From a virus (Duplodnaviria; Caudoviricetes), in IMG/VR virus record IMGVR_UViG_3300004241_000028, positions 1-37,134 of that record: a DNA stretch of 37,134 nt; one strand, 5' to 3'. The stretch's first letter is position 1. Each line of letters opens with the position of its first letter. A program made the position numbers and the translations under genes. The notes beneath the pieces are model-generated. The model saw only the letters and a list, made by a program, of their open reading frames with translations. It was not told the DNA's origin and did not search any database. Positions 8,431 to 17,035 of this stretch are shown here, piece after piece.

Positions 8431-10648
8431 TGCGTCCACCCTTCACGATCTCGGCGGCCATCATCTCGCCATCCGGCCCGCGCTCGATCTTGTGTATCCG
8501 CGTCGTCTGTTCCCCGTCGTTGTGGATATGCACGGTGATCGGCGGGATTTTCGGCGCGGCATCGTTGACAGCTATATGCTGTTCCATCGTCCGCATCTTT
8601 TCCTGCATGTCCATCGCCAGCCGCGTGCTTTCTGTCTCGGTCTTTCCCAATGCGGCCACGGCCTGCGCTTCCTTGAGCTTGATGTTCGCCTCGGTCTCAA
8701 GAGTCTGCGCCTTCTTGAGCTCCACGTTCGCCACCGTCTCAAGTACCTCGGTCCGCGCTTTTGTCGCCTTGGCCTGAGCCTCTTCCGCCATCGCCTCAAG
8801 CGCCTGATCCTGCGGAGTCTTTTCCCCAGCCTTGGCCTGAAGCATCTGCGCCTCTTCCTCGGTCGGCTCGACGGCGCCCATGTTGACAAGCTTCTTTCGG
8901 AAATAGTCGCGGACCTCGCCGATGCCCTCGCCCGTCATGTTCATGATCGCCATGGCCTGCAATACCTGCATGGTCTCCGGGTCGTTCGCCGATACCTGCA
9001 TGAGTCCGATCAGGCTGCGGACGGTTGCCTCGCGCCTCGATGCACTCGACGGGCCAACGTCCACGGCAACGTCGAACGATGCCCTGGATAGGTCGTTCTC
9101 GTACACGACGGCCCCGGACTCGTCGGCGTTCGGCCGCATCAGCTCGACCTTGCCGGTATCATCAGCGGGTGATAGCGTTTTCATCGTCCGGCCTGATTCG
9201 ACGTATACGTCCTTGGCCATCGAGAGCCATATCTCCCCGACGCGCCGGATCGCCTTGGCAAAGTTGGAAACGTAGATGAACGTCTGCATGTCCATGCGCG
9301 TCTGGATCATCTCGACGGCTTTACCGGAGATGTTCGATACCATCTTGTCAGCTTCGCCCTGGTTGCCGAGGATTGACTGCATATCGGCTTCGGTAAGCTG
9401 GAGCAAGGCGGCCATAGCCGGCGGTATCTGCGGCGGCTGGGTATAGGCGAGCGGGCCCGCTGGCATCGGGTTTCCGCTTGCGTCGGTTATGGCGTTGACA
9501 AGCAAATAGGGGTAATTCTTGAGATTGTCCTCGCTCCACATGACCGAGTGCCCGGCCATCTGTTCGGGCGTGAATATAGGTTTTTGGATGGACGAGAGCG
9601 CCGAGAGCTCGCCGAGCTTAGAAAGCTGCATGTTCTTGAGCCGCTGCGCGTCCTTGGCAAGCCGGACGTGGCCCATGCACCGCTCGATGTTGTCAACGAA
9701 CCAGCGCTTGCCGTAGACGGGAACAACGGGGATGCACTTCCCGGCGATCAATCCGCAATCCTCCAGGATCTTATTCCCGGACAGGATGTACTTGTGCACG
9801 CGCTTGGATTTAACCTTCTTGCGCCGTGACTCGACGTACCCGGTCGCGGCCAGTTCAGCGGCTAGTTCCTCTTCTTCGTCGAGCTCCGATTGCAAGTGTT
9901 TTACCTCGTCGCCGGTCGCCACTGATTCGAATGTCACGGCGTAGTCAGTTTCCTCATCGATTTCGTAGTACTCCGCGACGAATACCATGTCCGGCGTAAA
10001 CCAGTCGAATTCGGCCTGCTCGATTTCCTTGCCGAGCGACGACGGGCTGTCGTTGTACATTTCCGTGTATGCTTCCGGCGTCATCGAGTACAGGACATAG
10101 CAGCACTTCGCGTCGGCCTTGTCCTGGCGCTTGGCGTCGAGGTCGAAGAATACTGAACTGTCGGCGTCGTATATCGGCTCTATCTTGATGCGCTGGCGCT
10201 CATCGTCCGGGTCTTCGTCATCCTCGTAGCAGGTGCGAAGTCTCAAGGCTCCGAATCCTCCGCCCACCGCTTCCTCGAATGCGTTGTCGTAGGCTTCTTC
10301 CGCCCCTGAATCGTGTTCATCGGCACGGAAAAGGCCGTTGCAGGCGTCGGACAGCTTGTCGTCTTTCGTCCCGTCCTTCGGCACGAAGTCCACCGTGATG
10401 CGGTTGTTCCGGTATTCGTTGATGATGCGGATGACGGCAAGATGGACCTTGTTGACCTCGAACTTGGGCTTGTTCTCGAACTGTTCGCCGAGTGCGCCTT
10501 CCCATTGTGCACCTGCCAGCGAGTAGAACCGGCGATCCTGAAGGCATTGAAGGCGCTCGTCTTTTAGCGCCGTCTGGATGCGATCGAACTCGGTCAAGGC
10601 ACGGTAGTGTACCTTTCCCAGCCTCTCGGCGTTAGATGGTCTCGGCAT
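8420..10648 (-). CDS. Portal protein (P22 gp1-like)
   Basis: 742 aa; DRRFY..G.QW, IPVVPVYGKRWFVDNIERCMGHVRLAKDAQRL.N, SNISGKAV, FDVAVDVGPS..SRREAT; C-terminal coiled-coil barrel. Confidence 0.95.
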   Translation of the reverse strand: MPRPSNAERLGKVHYRALTEFDRIQTALKDERLQCLQDRRFYSLAGAQWEGALGEQFENKPKFEVNKVHLAVIRIINEYRNNRITVDFVPKDGTKDDKLSDACNGLFRADEHDSGAEEAYDNAFEEAVGGGFGALRLRTCYEDDEDPDDERQRIKIEPIYDADSSVFFDLDAKRQDKADAKCCYVLYSMTPEAYTEMYNDSPSSLGKEIEQAEFDWFTPDMVFVAEYYEIDEETDYAVTFESVATGDEVKHLQSELDEEEELAAELAATGYVESRRKKVKSKRVHKYILSGNKILEDCGLIAGKCIPVVPVYGKRWFVDNIERCMGHVRLAKDAQRLKNMQLSKLGELSALSSIQKPIFTPEQMAGHSVMWSEDNLKNYPYLLVNAITDASGNPMPAGPLAYTQPPQIPPAMAALLQLTEADMQSILGNQGEADKMVSNISGKAVEMIQTRMDMQTFIYVSNFAKAIRRVGEIWLSMAKDVYVESGRTMKTLSPADDTGKVELMRPNADESGAVVYENDLSRASFDVAVDVGPSSASRREATVRSLIGLMQVSANDPETMQVLQAMAIMNMTGEGIGEVRDYFRKKLVNMGAVEPTEEEAQMLQAKAGEKTPQDQALEAMAEEAQAKATKARTEVLETVANVELKKAQTLETEANIKLKEAQAVAALGKTETESTRLAMDMQEKMRTMEQHIAVNDAAPKIPPITVHIHNDGEQTTRIHKIERGPDGEMMAAEIVKGGRNGA

Positions 10649-10832
10649 CGCTTCCCCCTTCGATCACGACATCGATGGCCGCGCGGAGCTCCTCAAGGTC
10701 GACCCGGTTGTACCTTCGCCCAAACGCCTCGGCCAGCCCGGTCCACGTCCAGTCCGTCGCGTCGTTCAGGTTGTCGAATGCCGACTGCGCCCGATGGTTG
10801 AAGTTGGGATCGGTTACGACTTCATCGTTCAT
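10632..10832 (-). CDS. Small hypothetical protein between terL and portal
   Basis: 66 aa, GGAGG RBS, overlaps the portal start. Confidence 0.6.
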   Translation of the reverse strand: MNDEVVTDPNFNHRAQSAFDNLNDATDWTWTGLAEAFGRRYNRVDLEELRAAIDVVIEGGSDAETI

Positions 10833-10850
10833 GGCAAGCCTCCAGTATTT

Positions 10851-12176
10851 TCACCATCGATTCACTACCGGCAACGGCGCGACATTCTGCACCGGCTTCG
10901 TAGACCTAATCATGCCTGGGAATATCTCGGCCAGTCCCCAGATAAGCGCGTCAGCCCGGTTCGGACTCTTCACGCCAGTATACCCGGTTGTGGAAAATCC
11001 CGATAGCTCGTCCTCAAGCTGCACGAACCGTCCGACGTGGCGAACCTTACCGGCTTCGTATAAAGCGCTGAACGGTTCGGCCCTCTGTGCCTTGCCACGG
11101 CTGGCCGTGACTGCCTTGAACGGAGTCCGCGGCCGCGCCACTTGGATAGTCTGCTGAACCATCGCGCCTCCGAAGTTCGTCTCCCCCACGATGCAATCTG
11201 CATTATGCCGATCAAATGCCGTTGTTGCAATACGTCCCCACGTCGCCGGGCCTGCCTTGACGGTCAGGTCTTCGAGGACATAGGCGTTGCCATCCGTGCC
11301 AAGCGCCACCACGGAAATCCCTATTTCGTCATTGTCCGCGTTGTCAACGTCACCTGAACCGCTCGGGTCTACGGCTACCACGATGCGCACATAGTCCGGC
11401 GTAACTCCGTCGATGACGCGCCACTTCTCGATTGAGTCATCGGGGAATAGCTGGTTGGGCGTCGCGTCTCCGAACCGGCCTTCCAAGAATCTGACGCGCA
11501 TCCGGGCTGGTAGGTTCTCCAGCTGGTCGATGTACTCTTTCGACAGGTTTTCGATATTGTCGCGCGGATTCATGAAAAACGCGGCATAGTCGTCAGGGTT
11601 TCGGAGCGTTATGCGAGTCTCAGGGTCCACCTTCTCGATGAACATTCGATACGACCAATGGGATTTATTCGGCGGGTTCTCGTCGTAGTAGGCGCGAAGC
11701 CGGAGCGGAACCGGCGGGCGTCCGTCGATCTTCTGTTCGGCTTTTTGAGCGAGACGGGTACATGCCAGCGATACGGACGCGTGCGGTATCTGGCTGATCT
11801 CGTTGAAAAATAACGTCGAGAATTCCATGCCCAGGATCTTCTCGGTGCGTTCCTTGTCATCGAGTCCGGCGAACCAGATTTCAGAATTACCGGGAAGCGT
11901 GATATATCGCTCCTGATTGTGCGGGACGTATTGAATATCTGGAAACGCTAGCCGCATCACTTTGGGGAACGTGTCGAGGTAGATCGAGGCGATAAGGTGA
12001 TTGAGCCGGAAGCGGAATATCGCATGACGGGAGTTAGGAGCCTTCAATGCACGCATGACCATGTTACGAACGAGTAGAAAAGTTTTACCGCTCCGCGACC
12101 CCCCCACGGCCAAGAAGTGCGTGGCGTCACCGGACACGACCTGCTGCGCTTCTTCCTGCCGGGGGGTGAACTTCAT
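10851..12176 (-). CDS. terL: Terminase large subunit (start MKFTPRQ)
   Basis: Walker A GGSRSGKT, Walker B-like LFFNE, NPP motif, RNaseH-type VAVDPS and C-terminal SPNRADAL; ATGA overlap with terS. Confidence 0.95.
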   Translation of the reverse strand: MKFTPRQEEAQQVVSGDATHFLAVGGSRSGKTFLLVRNMVMRALKAPNSRHAIFRFRLNHLIASIYLDTFPKVMRLAFPDIQYVPHNQERYITLPGNSEIWFAGLDDKERTEKILGMEFSTLFFNEISQIPHASVSLACTRLAQKAEQKIDGRPPVPLRLRAYYDENPPNKSHWSYRMFIEKVDPETRITLRNPDDYAAFFMNPRDNIENLSKEYIDQLENLPARMRVRFLEGRFGDATPNQLFPDDSIEKWRVIDGVTPDYVRIVVAVDPSGSGDVDNADNDEIGISVVALGTDGNAYVLEDLTVKAGPATWGRIATTAFDRHNADCIVGETNFGGAMVQQTIQVARPRTPFKAVTASRGKAQRAEPFSALYEAGKVRHVGRFVQLEDELSGFSTTGYTGVKSPNRADALIWGLAEIFPGMIRSTKPVQNVAPLPVVNRW

Positions 12177-12655
12177 AGCTTTTCGTCTACTGGAGTTGCG
12201 ACGATATGGACGTTCCCGCTGTGCTCGACTTCCTGCTTGTCGCGCCATTTCGCGGGCCGGCGGTTCTTGAGCCAGAATATCTGCGCGGTTACGTCAGGGG
12301 CGACATGTTCTTCATACGGCGCATAGACAGGCTCTTCTGCGTTAGCCGGCATGAATATCTTCACGGCGTTCTTGTTCACGTATCCGGTCGCCCGCTCGTA
12401 CAAGGATCGCTCAACTGTATCGTCCGGCTCTTCCTTGCCTGCCTTTAGGGATGCTAGAAACTCGGGGTAGTCTTTTTTCCAGTTGGTTATTGTCGCTACT
12501 GATATTCCCATCTTTTCGGCTATTTGGGCATCGGTCCATCCAAGTCGGGCGTATGCTTCGGCGACCATGCAATACTCGGGTTTATACTTTGACGGCCTTC
12601 CCCCTGCGTGTTTAGCCGGTGCCGATTTCTCTGTCTTCGCTTTCCGTGTTGACAT
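12173..12655 (-). CDS. terS: Terminase small subunit
   Basis: GGRPSKY, HTH (TDAQIAEKMGISVATITNW), PDVTAQIFWLKNRRP..WRDK; directly upstream of terL. Confidence 0.9.
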   Translation of the reverse strand: MSTRKAKTEKSAPAKHAGGRPSKYKPEYCMVAEAYARLGWTDAQIAEKMGISVATITNWKKDYPEFLASLKAGKEEPDDTVERSLYERATGYVNKNAVKIFMPANAEEPVYAPYEEHVAPDVTAQIFWLKNRRPAKWRDKQEVEHSGNVHIVATPVDEKL

Positions 12656-12662
12656 GGATTAT

Positions 12663-12691
12663 ATGTTACACCGATACGGGCGGAGATTCAA
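12663..12691 (-). promoter_or_regulatory. Possible promoter giving a leaderless terS mRNA
   Basis: TTGAAT-17 nt-TAACAT; the ATG lies 7 nt after the -10 box and there is no SD. Confidence 0.45.
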
Positions 12692-13253
12692 GGGCTGATT
12701 TCTTGAGCGTTTCAATCTTGGCTTGCAGTATCCGGCGCTGTTCTGAGGATGCGGCCCTGCGCTCCTTGTCCGGCTGGAACCACAAGCCGTGCGCCTTCCC
12801 GCGGCCGTATCCGTTGTTTCGGAACTGGTTCAGGTAACGCTCATACCATTCGGTCTTCATGCCAGCGGCCATTGTTTCCTGTGCATGTGTCGTCCATGCG
12901 TACTGAAATCCGCAAGCGGGGCAACGGTCGTGTATTCCGAAGTCGAGCTGCTGGTCGTCGGTCGGGCACGGCGAATACTTGAACGTCTCTCCGCAACAGT
13001 CGCACGTCACCTTTTCGTCGCGGATGAATACCGACTGCCGATACGACGCGCCTATCCTTGCGCACGCCTCTTTGATGTCGGCTACGGTGATCGCCGTGTT
13101 CGCCCCGCGCTCCTCGGTTATCGCGGTGTAGACGTTCTCCCGGTCAGGCTCCGGTATGTTCTCGCAGAACCGCTTTAGCTGGGCCGTTCTCTCTGGCGAG
13201 TACTGGCTCTTGTAGTAGTCCATGAGCTTTGATACGAGCGCATCGCTTGTCAT
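12666..13253 (-). CDS. Replication-associated protein, possible helicase loader/inhibitor with Zn-finger
   Basis: Follows the initiator with ATGA overlap; ITVADIKEAC resembles loader-type motifs; CxxC pairs (CDCC, CPAC). Confidence 0.5.
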   Translation of the reverse strand: MTSDALVSKLMDYYKSQYSPERTAQLKRFCENIPEPDRENVYTAITEERGANTAITVADIKEACARIGASYRQSVFIRDEKVTCDCCGETFKYSPCPTDDQQLDFGIHDRCPACGFQYAWTTHAQETMAAGMKTEWYERYLNQFRNNGYGRGKAHGLWFQPDKERRAASSEQRRILQAKIETLKKSALESPPVSV

Positions 13254-14140
13254 GCTTCTTCTCCCATTTCGTGTCCGAATACCTGGAGATACGACGCGCG
13301 CGTCTCCGCTTCCTGCTGTTCGATGAATGATAATCGTTTTTTGAAATCATCGGGGTTGAAATTGGCCGGTAGAAACTTCTCAAGGTGTTTTGAGAAGAAC
13401 GCTTCTACGCCTATCTTTTGCGTCCAGTAGTACGTCCCTGGAGGTGCATCGTATATCGCCTTCAAGTTTTCAAGCGCCTGTAGAACGTCTTTTGAGTGTA
13501 TGCCTTTCAGGTGCGGTCGAACCTGAACGCTCCATTTTTGCGAGAATGCCCAGAGGCTGGCGGGCTGGTAGACGTGAGCACCTAGCGCCTCCCATGCGGC
13601 ATAGACCACCTTTGGGTATGCTCCTGGTTCCTGCTGTTCCTCTTCCGGTTCAGGTTCAGGAATTGGGGCGTGCGCATCTTCGGGAGAATCTTGCGGGATA
13701 TCAGGAGAGTAAGAGGTACACGTGTCTTCTTTCCTTTCCTCACCTAAACTAACCTTACCTAACCTAGCCTCGGTCAACACTTTGTGTACGGGTTGTATAC
13801 ATGTTGTATACGATCCGTTCTCATCAATGGATAATGCGGCTTTTTCCGTCTTGTATTTCGTCTCATGGTACCGATCTTTTGCGATGTAATTATGTATACG
13901 CCAATGCTTTATGACGATGACACCTGACTCGAATGGGATGATAAACTTCTTGGCCGATAACACTTTTAGGTCATCGTCCTTGCACCCGACATTGCGCATT
14001 ATAGACTTTGGATTGTTTATGAATCCGTCATCATCGGCGCGCATTGATAGCTGAAAATAAAGAAGTTGTGTCGATTGCGGCATGTCAAGAAAAGCATCGC
14101 TGTCGATTATTGTCCTCGCAAACATCCGGCGTTCGGCCAT
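13250..14140 (-). CDS. Phage replication initiator (replisome organizer, N-terminal domain)
   Basis: MAERRMFARTIIDSDAFLDMPQSTQLLYFQLSMRADDDGFI...VIVIKHWRIHNYI is the typical replisome-organizer N-terminus. Confidence 0.88.
   Translation of the reverse strand: MAERRMFARTIIDSDAFLDMPQSTQLLYFQLSMRADDDGFINNPKSIMRNVGCKDDDLKVLSAKKFIIPFESGVIVIKHWRIHNYIAKDRYHETKYKTEKAALSIDENGSYTTCIQPVHKVLTEARLGKVSLGEERKEDTCTSYSPDIPQDSPEDAHAPIPEPEPEEEQQEPGAYPKVVYAAWEALGAHVYQPASLWAFSQKWSVQVRPHLKGIHSKDVLQALENLKAIYDAPPGTYYWTQKIGVEAFFSKHLEKFLPANFNPDDFKKRLSFIEQQEAETRASYLQVFGHEMGEEA
13742..13812. repeat. Putative replication origin inside the initiator gene
   Basis: 11-nt-period TTGTGTAC/TTGTATAC/TTGTATAC at 13782, 13793, 13804, next to 5-nt-period ACCTA-type repeats at 13742-13770. 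Confidence 0.6.
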
Positions 14141-14142
14141 AG

Positions 14143-14298
14143 CTAAGCCTTCCCCATTTGATTAAAAATATACCTGCCGGACTTCTTGTCGGCATACCTA
14201 AAAGCCCGGTCGCGGGGCCAGAATAGACCCTTGTCCATATATGCCTCTTGCCATATCTGTACGGCTTGATCCCGTATCTTTTCCTCTTTTCCCGTCAT
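14143..14298 (-). CDS. Small hypothetical protein, 51 aa (not in ORF track)
   Basis: MTGKEEKIRDQAVQIWQEAYMDKGLFWPRDRAFRYADKKSGRYIFNQMGKA; ATGA overlap upstream, fills the gap to the initiator. Confidence 0.55.
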   Translation of the reverse strand: MTGKEEKIRDQAVQIWQEAYMDKGLFWPRDRAFRYADKKSGRYIFNQMGKA

Positions 14299-14474
14299 GG
14301 CTTCTCGGCCCCCGCCGTATATTCTCGCTCTATTTGGACGGTGCTAAATACGATAGCCGACACTCCGTTGCCGTCGTCTCCAGTCAATCCGTCCATGTAT
14401 ATATAGCCGCGCCGTCTCATCATCCACCCGAATGTGCGCCAGATAATTGATTCATACCAATGAAGCGTTTTCAT
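14295..14474 (-). CDS. Small hypothetical protein (start MKTLHWYES)
   Basis: GAGG RBS, ATGA overlaps at both ends. Confidence 0.55.
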   Translation of the reverse strand: MKTLHWYESIIWRTFGWMMRRRGYIYMDGLTGDDGNGVSAIVFSTVQIEREYTAGAEKP

Positions 14475-14656
14475 ATGAAATCCTCTAAAGCCTTTTTTAG
14501 CGCCATTGTCCGCTTGCATACGTCTATAGAATCGCAAGAAAACGTGTTCTTGCATCCATCGCAAAGATGGTTGACAAGGTTTCTTGACGCTTCAAGTAAT
14601 GGGACTATTGATTGCTTGAATTGGTGATCGAGGCTAAAATAATCATCTTCGTCCAT
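14471..14656 (-). CDS. Small hypothetical protein, Cys-containing (start MDEDDYF)
   Basis: Coupled to the antirepressor stop; AT-richer than flanks. Confidence 0.55.
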   Translation of the reverse strand: MDEDDYFSLDHQFKQSIVPLLEASRNLVNHLCDGCKNTFSCDSIDVCKRTMALKKALEDFI

Positions 14657-14658
14657 GG

Positions 14659-15273
14659 CTATTCGTCCTTCCACTTCTCGATGTTCGGCACAACCACCGT
14701 GCGCCATTTCTCCAACTGACATACGCGGACGACGGCTTGCGGGTATATGGCGTCGGTGTATCGGTCGCGCGTCTCGACTAGGGCGAGAATGTCGGCGTCA
14801 AGCGCGTCCTGCGAAGACAAGTCTTTCGAGGTAAGATAGCCACGCTCTCGCAGATACGGGAATACCTCGGTCTTAGGATGCACTCCGAAATGCTTCGCGC
14901 ACTGGGTAATGCTCATAGTCTTTTCTGAGCGCATCATGGCATCATGCGATTCTGCTTTAGGCCCTGCAATTGCTAGCGCCGTCTCCAGCTCCTTGACCTT
15001 GCTCGCGTGGTACTGGATTACTTGCAAGGTCATGCGCTCGATGTCTAGCGAGGTAACGGCGGCTACAACTTCGGTTGTAGGTACCATCCTGCGCTTTATC
15101 TCTGTAACCTGTTCCTCGTCGAGATATGTCATTATCCCGTTTTTTATATTTTCAGGGTACATCTCTCTAACGTGTTTTTTGATAGCCTCAGGAGTAACGC
15201 CTAGCGCTTCAGCTACCTGACGTATTGTCATAAGGTTCGAAAAATACCCGGCTACAGATTTTACTTCGTTCAT
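14659..15273 (-). CDS. Phage antirepressor-like protein (N-terminal HTH plus C-terminal KilAC/ANT-like domain)
   Basis: MTIRQVAEALGV HTH; A.PKAE.HD..M.SE..MSITQCAK.FGV....F.YLRERGYL typical of the antirepressor C-terminus. Confidence 0.8.
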   Translation of the reverse strand: MNEVKSVAGYFSNLMTIRQVAEALGVTPEAIKKHVREMYPENIKNGIMTYLDEEQVTEIKRRMVPTTEVVAAVTSLDIERMTLQVIQYHASKVKELETALAIAGPKAESHDAMMRSEKTMSITQCAKHFGVHPKTEVFPYLRERGYLTSKDLSSQDALDADILALVETRDRYTDAIYPQAVVRVCQLEKWRTVVVPNIEKWKDE

Positions 15274-15289
15274 GGTTAAACCGCCTTAA

Positions 15290-15373
15290 TAAAAAAAGCG
15301 CTTAGTGCTTTCCCCTCGCTGGTAAGGCGATGTCCGGTGTATAGGCACCGTAGGGTCAGCACTAAACGCTCTT
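15290..15373 (-). ncRNA. C4-like antisense RNA (cloverleaf)
   Basis: Outer stem AGCGTTTAGTGCT/AGCACTAAGCGCT plus U-tract; inner CCCT/GGGG; arms CGGTG-CCTATA-CACCG and TCGC-CTTACCA-GCGA; directly upstream of the antirepressor. Confidence 0.75.
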
Positions 15374-15378
15374 GTAAT

Positions 15379-15422
15379 ATCATCCCCTATAGGACGACTG
15401 TCAAGGTTTACCACGCCTTGAC
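15379..15422 (-). promoter_or_regulatory. C4 target site (a1/b1-like tandem hairpins)
   Basis: GTCAAGG-CGTGGTAAA-CCTTGAC and GTCGTCC-TATAGG-GGATGAT; TGGTAA and TATAGG are the exact complements of the two C4 loops. Confidence 0.72.
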
Positions 15423-15428
15423 GGTTAC

Positions 15429-15458
15429 ATTCTAGCATATATCGGCTATGTCGTGCAA
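15429..15458 (-). promoter_or_regulatory. Promoter of the C4-antirepressor-replication unit
   Basis: TTGCAC-18 nt-TAGAAT with an extended TGn -10. Confidence 0.6.
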
Positions 15459-15460
15459 GA

Positions 15461-15664
15461 TCATATTTTGTTACCCAAAGCGATAAACACTTCTTGTGTC
15501 GTGCCATCCGGCAAGTTAATTATACCTACGAATACCGGGTGTTTCTCGTGCCAAGCCTTCATACACTGCTCGTTGAATTCTTCTCTGAACTTCTTGGCCG
15601 CGCACGTATCGCATGGCACTTCAATCTTGACAATCTTTTCCCATTGCCACCATTTACGCTTCAT
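15461..15664 (-). CDS. Small hypothetical protein (start MKRKWWQW)
   Basis: GGAGG RBS; CxxC. Confidence 0.55.
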   Translation of the reverse strand: MKRKWWQWEKIVKIEVPCDTCAAKKFREEFNEQCMKAWHEKHPVFVGIINLPDGTTQEVFIALGNKI

Positions 15665-15851
15665 TCTTTCCTCCATGTTCCCACCCTAGCCGCGCCTCAA
15701 GATATCCGACCGACTCCGCGCCACAAGCCTCGCACCGTAGCACCTGGACTGGACGGCCATCGCGCCAGTCCTCGTCCGTCTCGCGCCAAATGTGCCCGCC
15801 GCCGGTTGTGCATCGGTCGGCGGGAATGGTTTCAAAACGGGATTGACTCAT
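15654..15851 (-). CDS. Small hypothetical Zn-binding protein (start MSQSRFE)
   Basis: C..H..CEAC pattern; overlaps both neighbours; the longer ORF call overlaps the SSB-like gene. Confidence 0.45.
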   Translation of the reverse strand: MSQSRFETIPADRCTTGGGHIWRETDEDWRDGRPVQVLRCEACGAESVGYLEARLGWEHGGKNEA

Positions 15852-16179
15852 CTTCAAAGTCAAGTGCGCTTGCCGCCGGCCTGTTCGCCGATCCGTCCGG
15901 GGTATAGGGAGACTGCCGGCGCGGCTCTTCCTTGCCCACCCGTGGCGTGTCCTGCTGCCCGTCTTTCGGCTCGAACATCGAGACAAGGCTCGTGTTCCCC
16001 TTGCTCCCGTCGAACGGTATCCCCGCCGGGTTGAACGAGCGATCCAGGAGGATGAACTTCCCGCCGTCGTCCTTGACAAGTACTACCCCGATGTTTTGGT
16101 ACCGACTCTTTTCCGTTCCCGTCGAGTCGGTATAGTGGCCGACTACCACCGCGAGGTCATACGCTTTTCTGGTTGCCAT
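15832..16179 (-). CDS. Putative single-stranded DNA-binding protein (phage type)
   Basis: Beta-rich N-terminus, disordered linker, acidic C-terminal tip FEDESIPF. Confidence 0.65.
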   Translation of the reverse strand: MATRKAYDLAVVVGHYTDSTGTEKSRYQNIGVVLVKDDGGKFILLDRSFNPAGIPFDGSKGNTSLVSMFEPKDGQQDTPRVGKEEPRRQSPYTPDGSANRPAASALDFEDESIPF

Positions 16180-16191
16180 GTTATTCCTTCC

Positions 16192-16362
16192 CTATGCCCA
16201 GATCTTGATAAATAAAGTCACAATCAATGTTCCCGTTGACAATAAAAACACTGAGCCAACAACAGTGTTAGTACCTCCATTTTCATCTATGATTTTCACC
16301 AATAAAAGACTGACGAGCATGGTTAGTGCCGACGTGAAAAATATCTTGTCTATTAAGTCCAC
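16192..16362 (-). CDS. Small two-TM membrane protein (GTG start)
   Basis: AGGGG RBS before GTG 16362; two hydrophobic helices; AT-rich. Confidence 0.55.
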   Translation of the reverse strand: MDLIDKIFFTSALTMLVSLLLVKIIDENGGTNTVVGSVFLLSTGTLIVTLFIKIWA

Positions 16363-16373
16363 ATTATCCCCTT

Positions 16374-16616
16374 TCAATCCACAATAGCCCCGGCAATGCT
16401 CGCGCCGGGATGATAATAGTATCTTGACGTTTGGTTGTCGATACATCGGAATTCGGCCCCGGACAGCTCGGAGTATATCCGCGCATATTCGAGCAAGGTG
16501 GCTGGATATGTCTTGCGCCCGGTAGCCTTCGCCATGTCCTGGAACAGTTCCCACCCGGATATGAAGCCAGCGGGGTGATCGTCAAGGTAGGCAAAGAGGG
16601 CTTGACGGATGCTCAT
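16374..16616 (-). CDS. Hypothetical protein, possible winged helix
   Basis: ATGA overlap with the upstream gene; helical pattern followed by a beta hairpin. Confidence 0.6.
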   Translation of the reverse strand: MSIRQALFAYLDDHPAGFISGWELFQDMAKATGRKTYPATLLEYARIYSELSGAEFRCIDNQTSRYYYHPGASIAGAIVD

Positions 16617-17035
16617 GCCCAATCCTTTTTATGCGCCCGACCCTTCGGAACATAGATAGGGTCTATGGCCTTTTTACGCTTGAATCCAGCCGCCTTGTTC
16701 GCCTTTGCCCGTTCCTCCCGGAGCCTCTTTTCCATCGCGTCCATGTCTTTTTTGAGCTTCCGCGCTGCGTCCGCTTCAAGCCTTCGGCGCTCGGCCTTGG
16801 CTTCACGGGCCGCCTCCCTCGCTGCCTGCTCCGCTTCGATGGCGTCAAGCTCCTCGACGGTCAAGTCGTCGGAATAACCTCTCGATACCGATGGAGCGAC
16901 GGCATATTCGGGCGAGGTTATGCAGAGCCACGCGGGGCGGGAAGGGATAGGATCGTTGCGTTTTTCCCGTTCCCGGATGCTTGCCGTAGGCGCTATCACC
17001 TCCTGCGGCACCTCGTTAGCAACGCCCCAGTTCAT
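16613..17035 (-). CDS. Hypothetical coiled-coil protein
   Basis: 140 aa, AAGGA RBS, ATGA overlaps. Confidence 0.6.
   Translation of the reverse strand: MNWGVANEVPQEVIAPTASIREREKRNDPIPSRPAWLCITSPEYAVAPSVSRGYSDDLTVEELDAIEAEQAAREAAREAKAERRRLEADAARKLKKDMDAMEKRLREERAKANKAAGFKRKKAIDPIYVPKGRAHKKDWA

Noticed and set aside
15286-15507. 73-aa minus-strand ORF across the C4 region
   Set aside because: Starts upstream of the promoter inside another gene; the region is better explained as structured RNA
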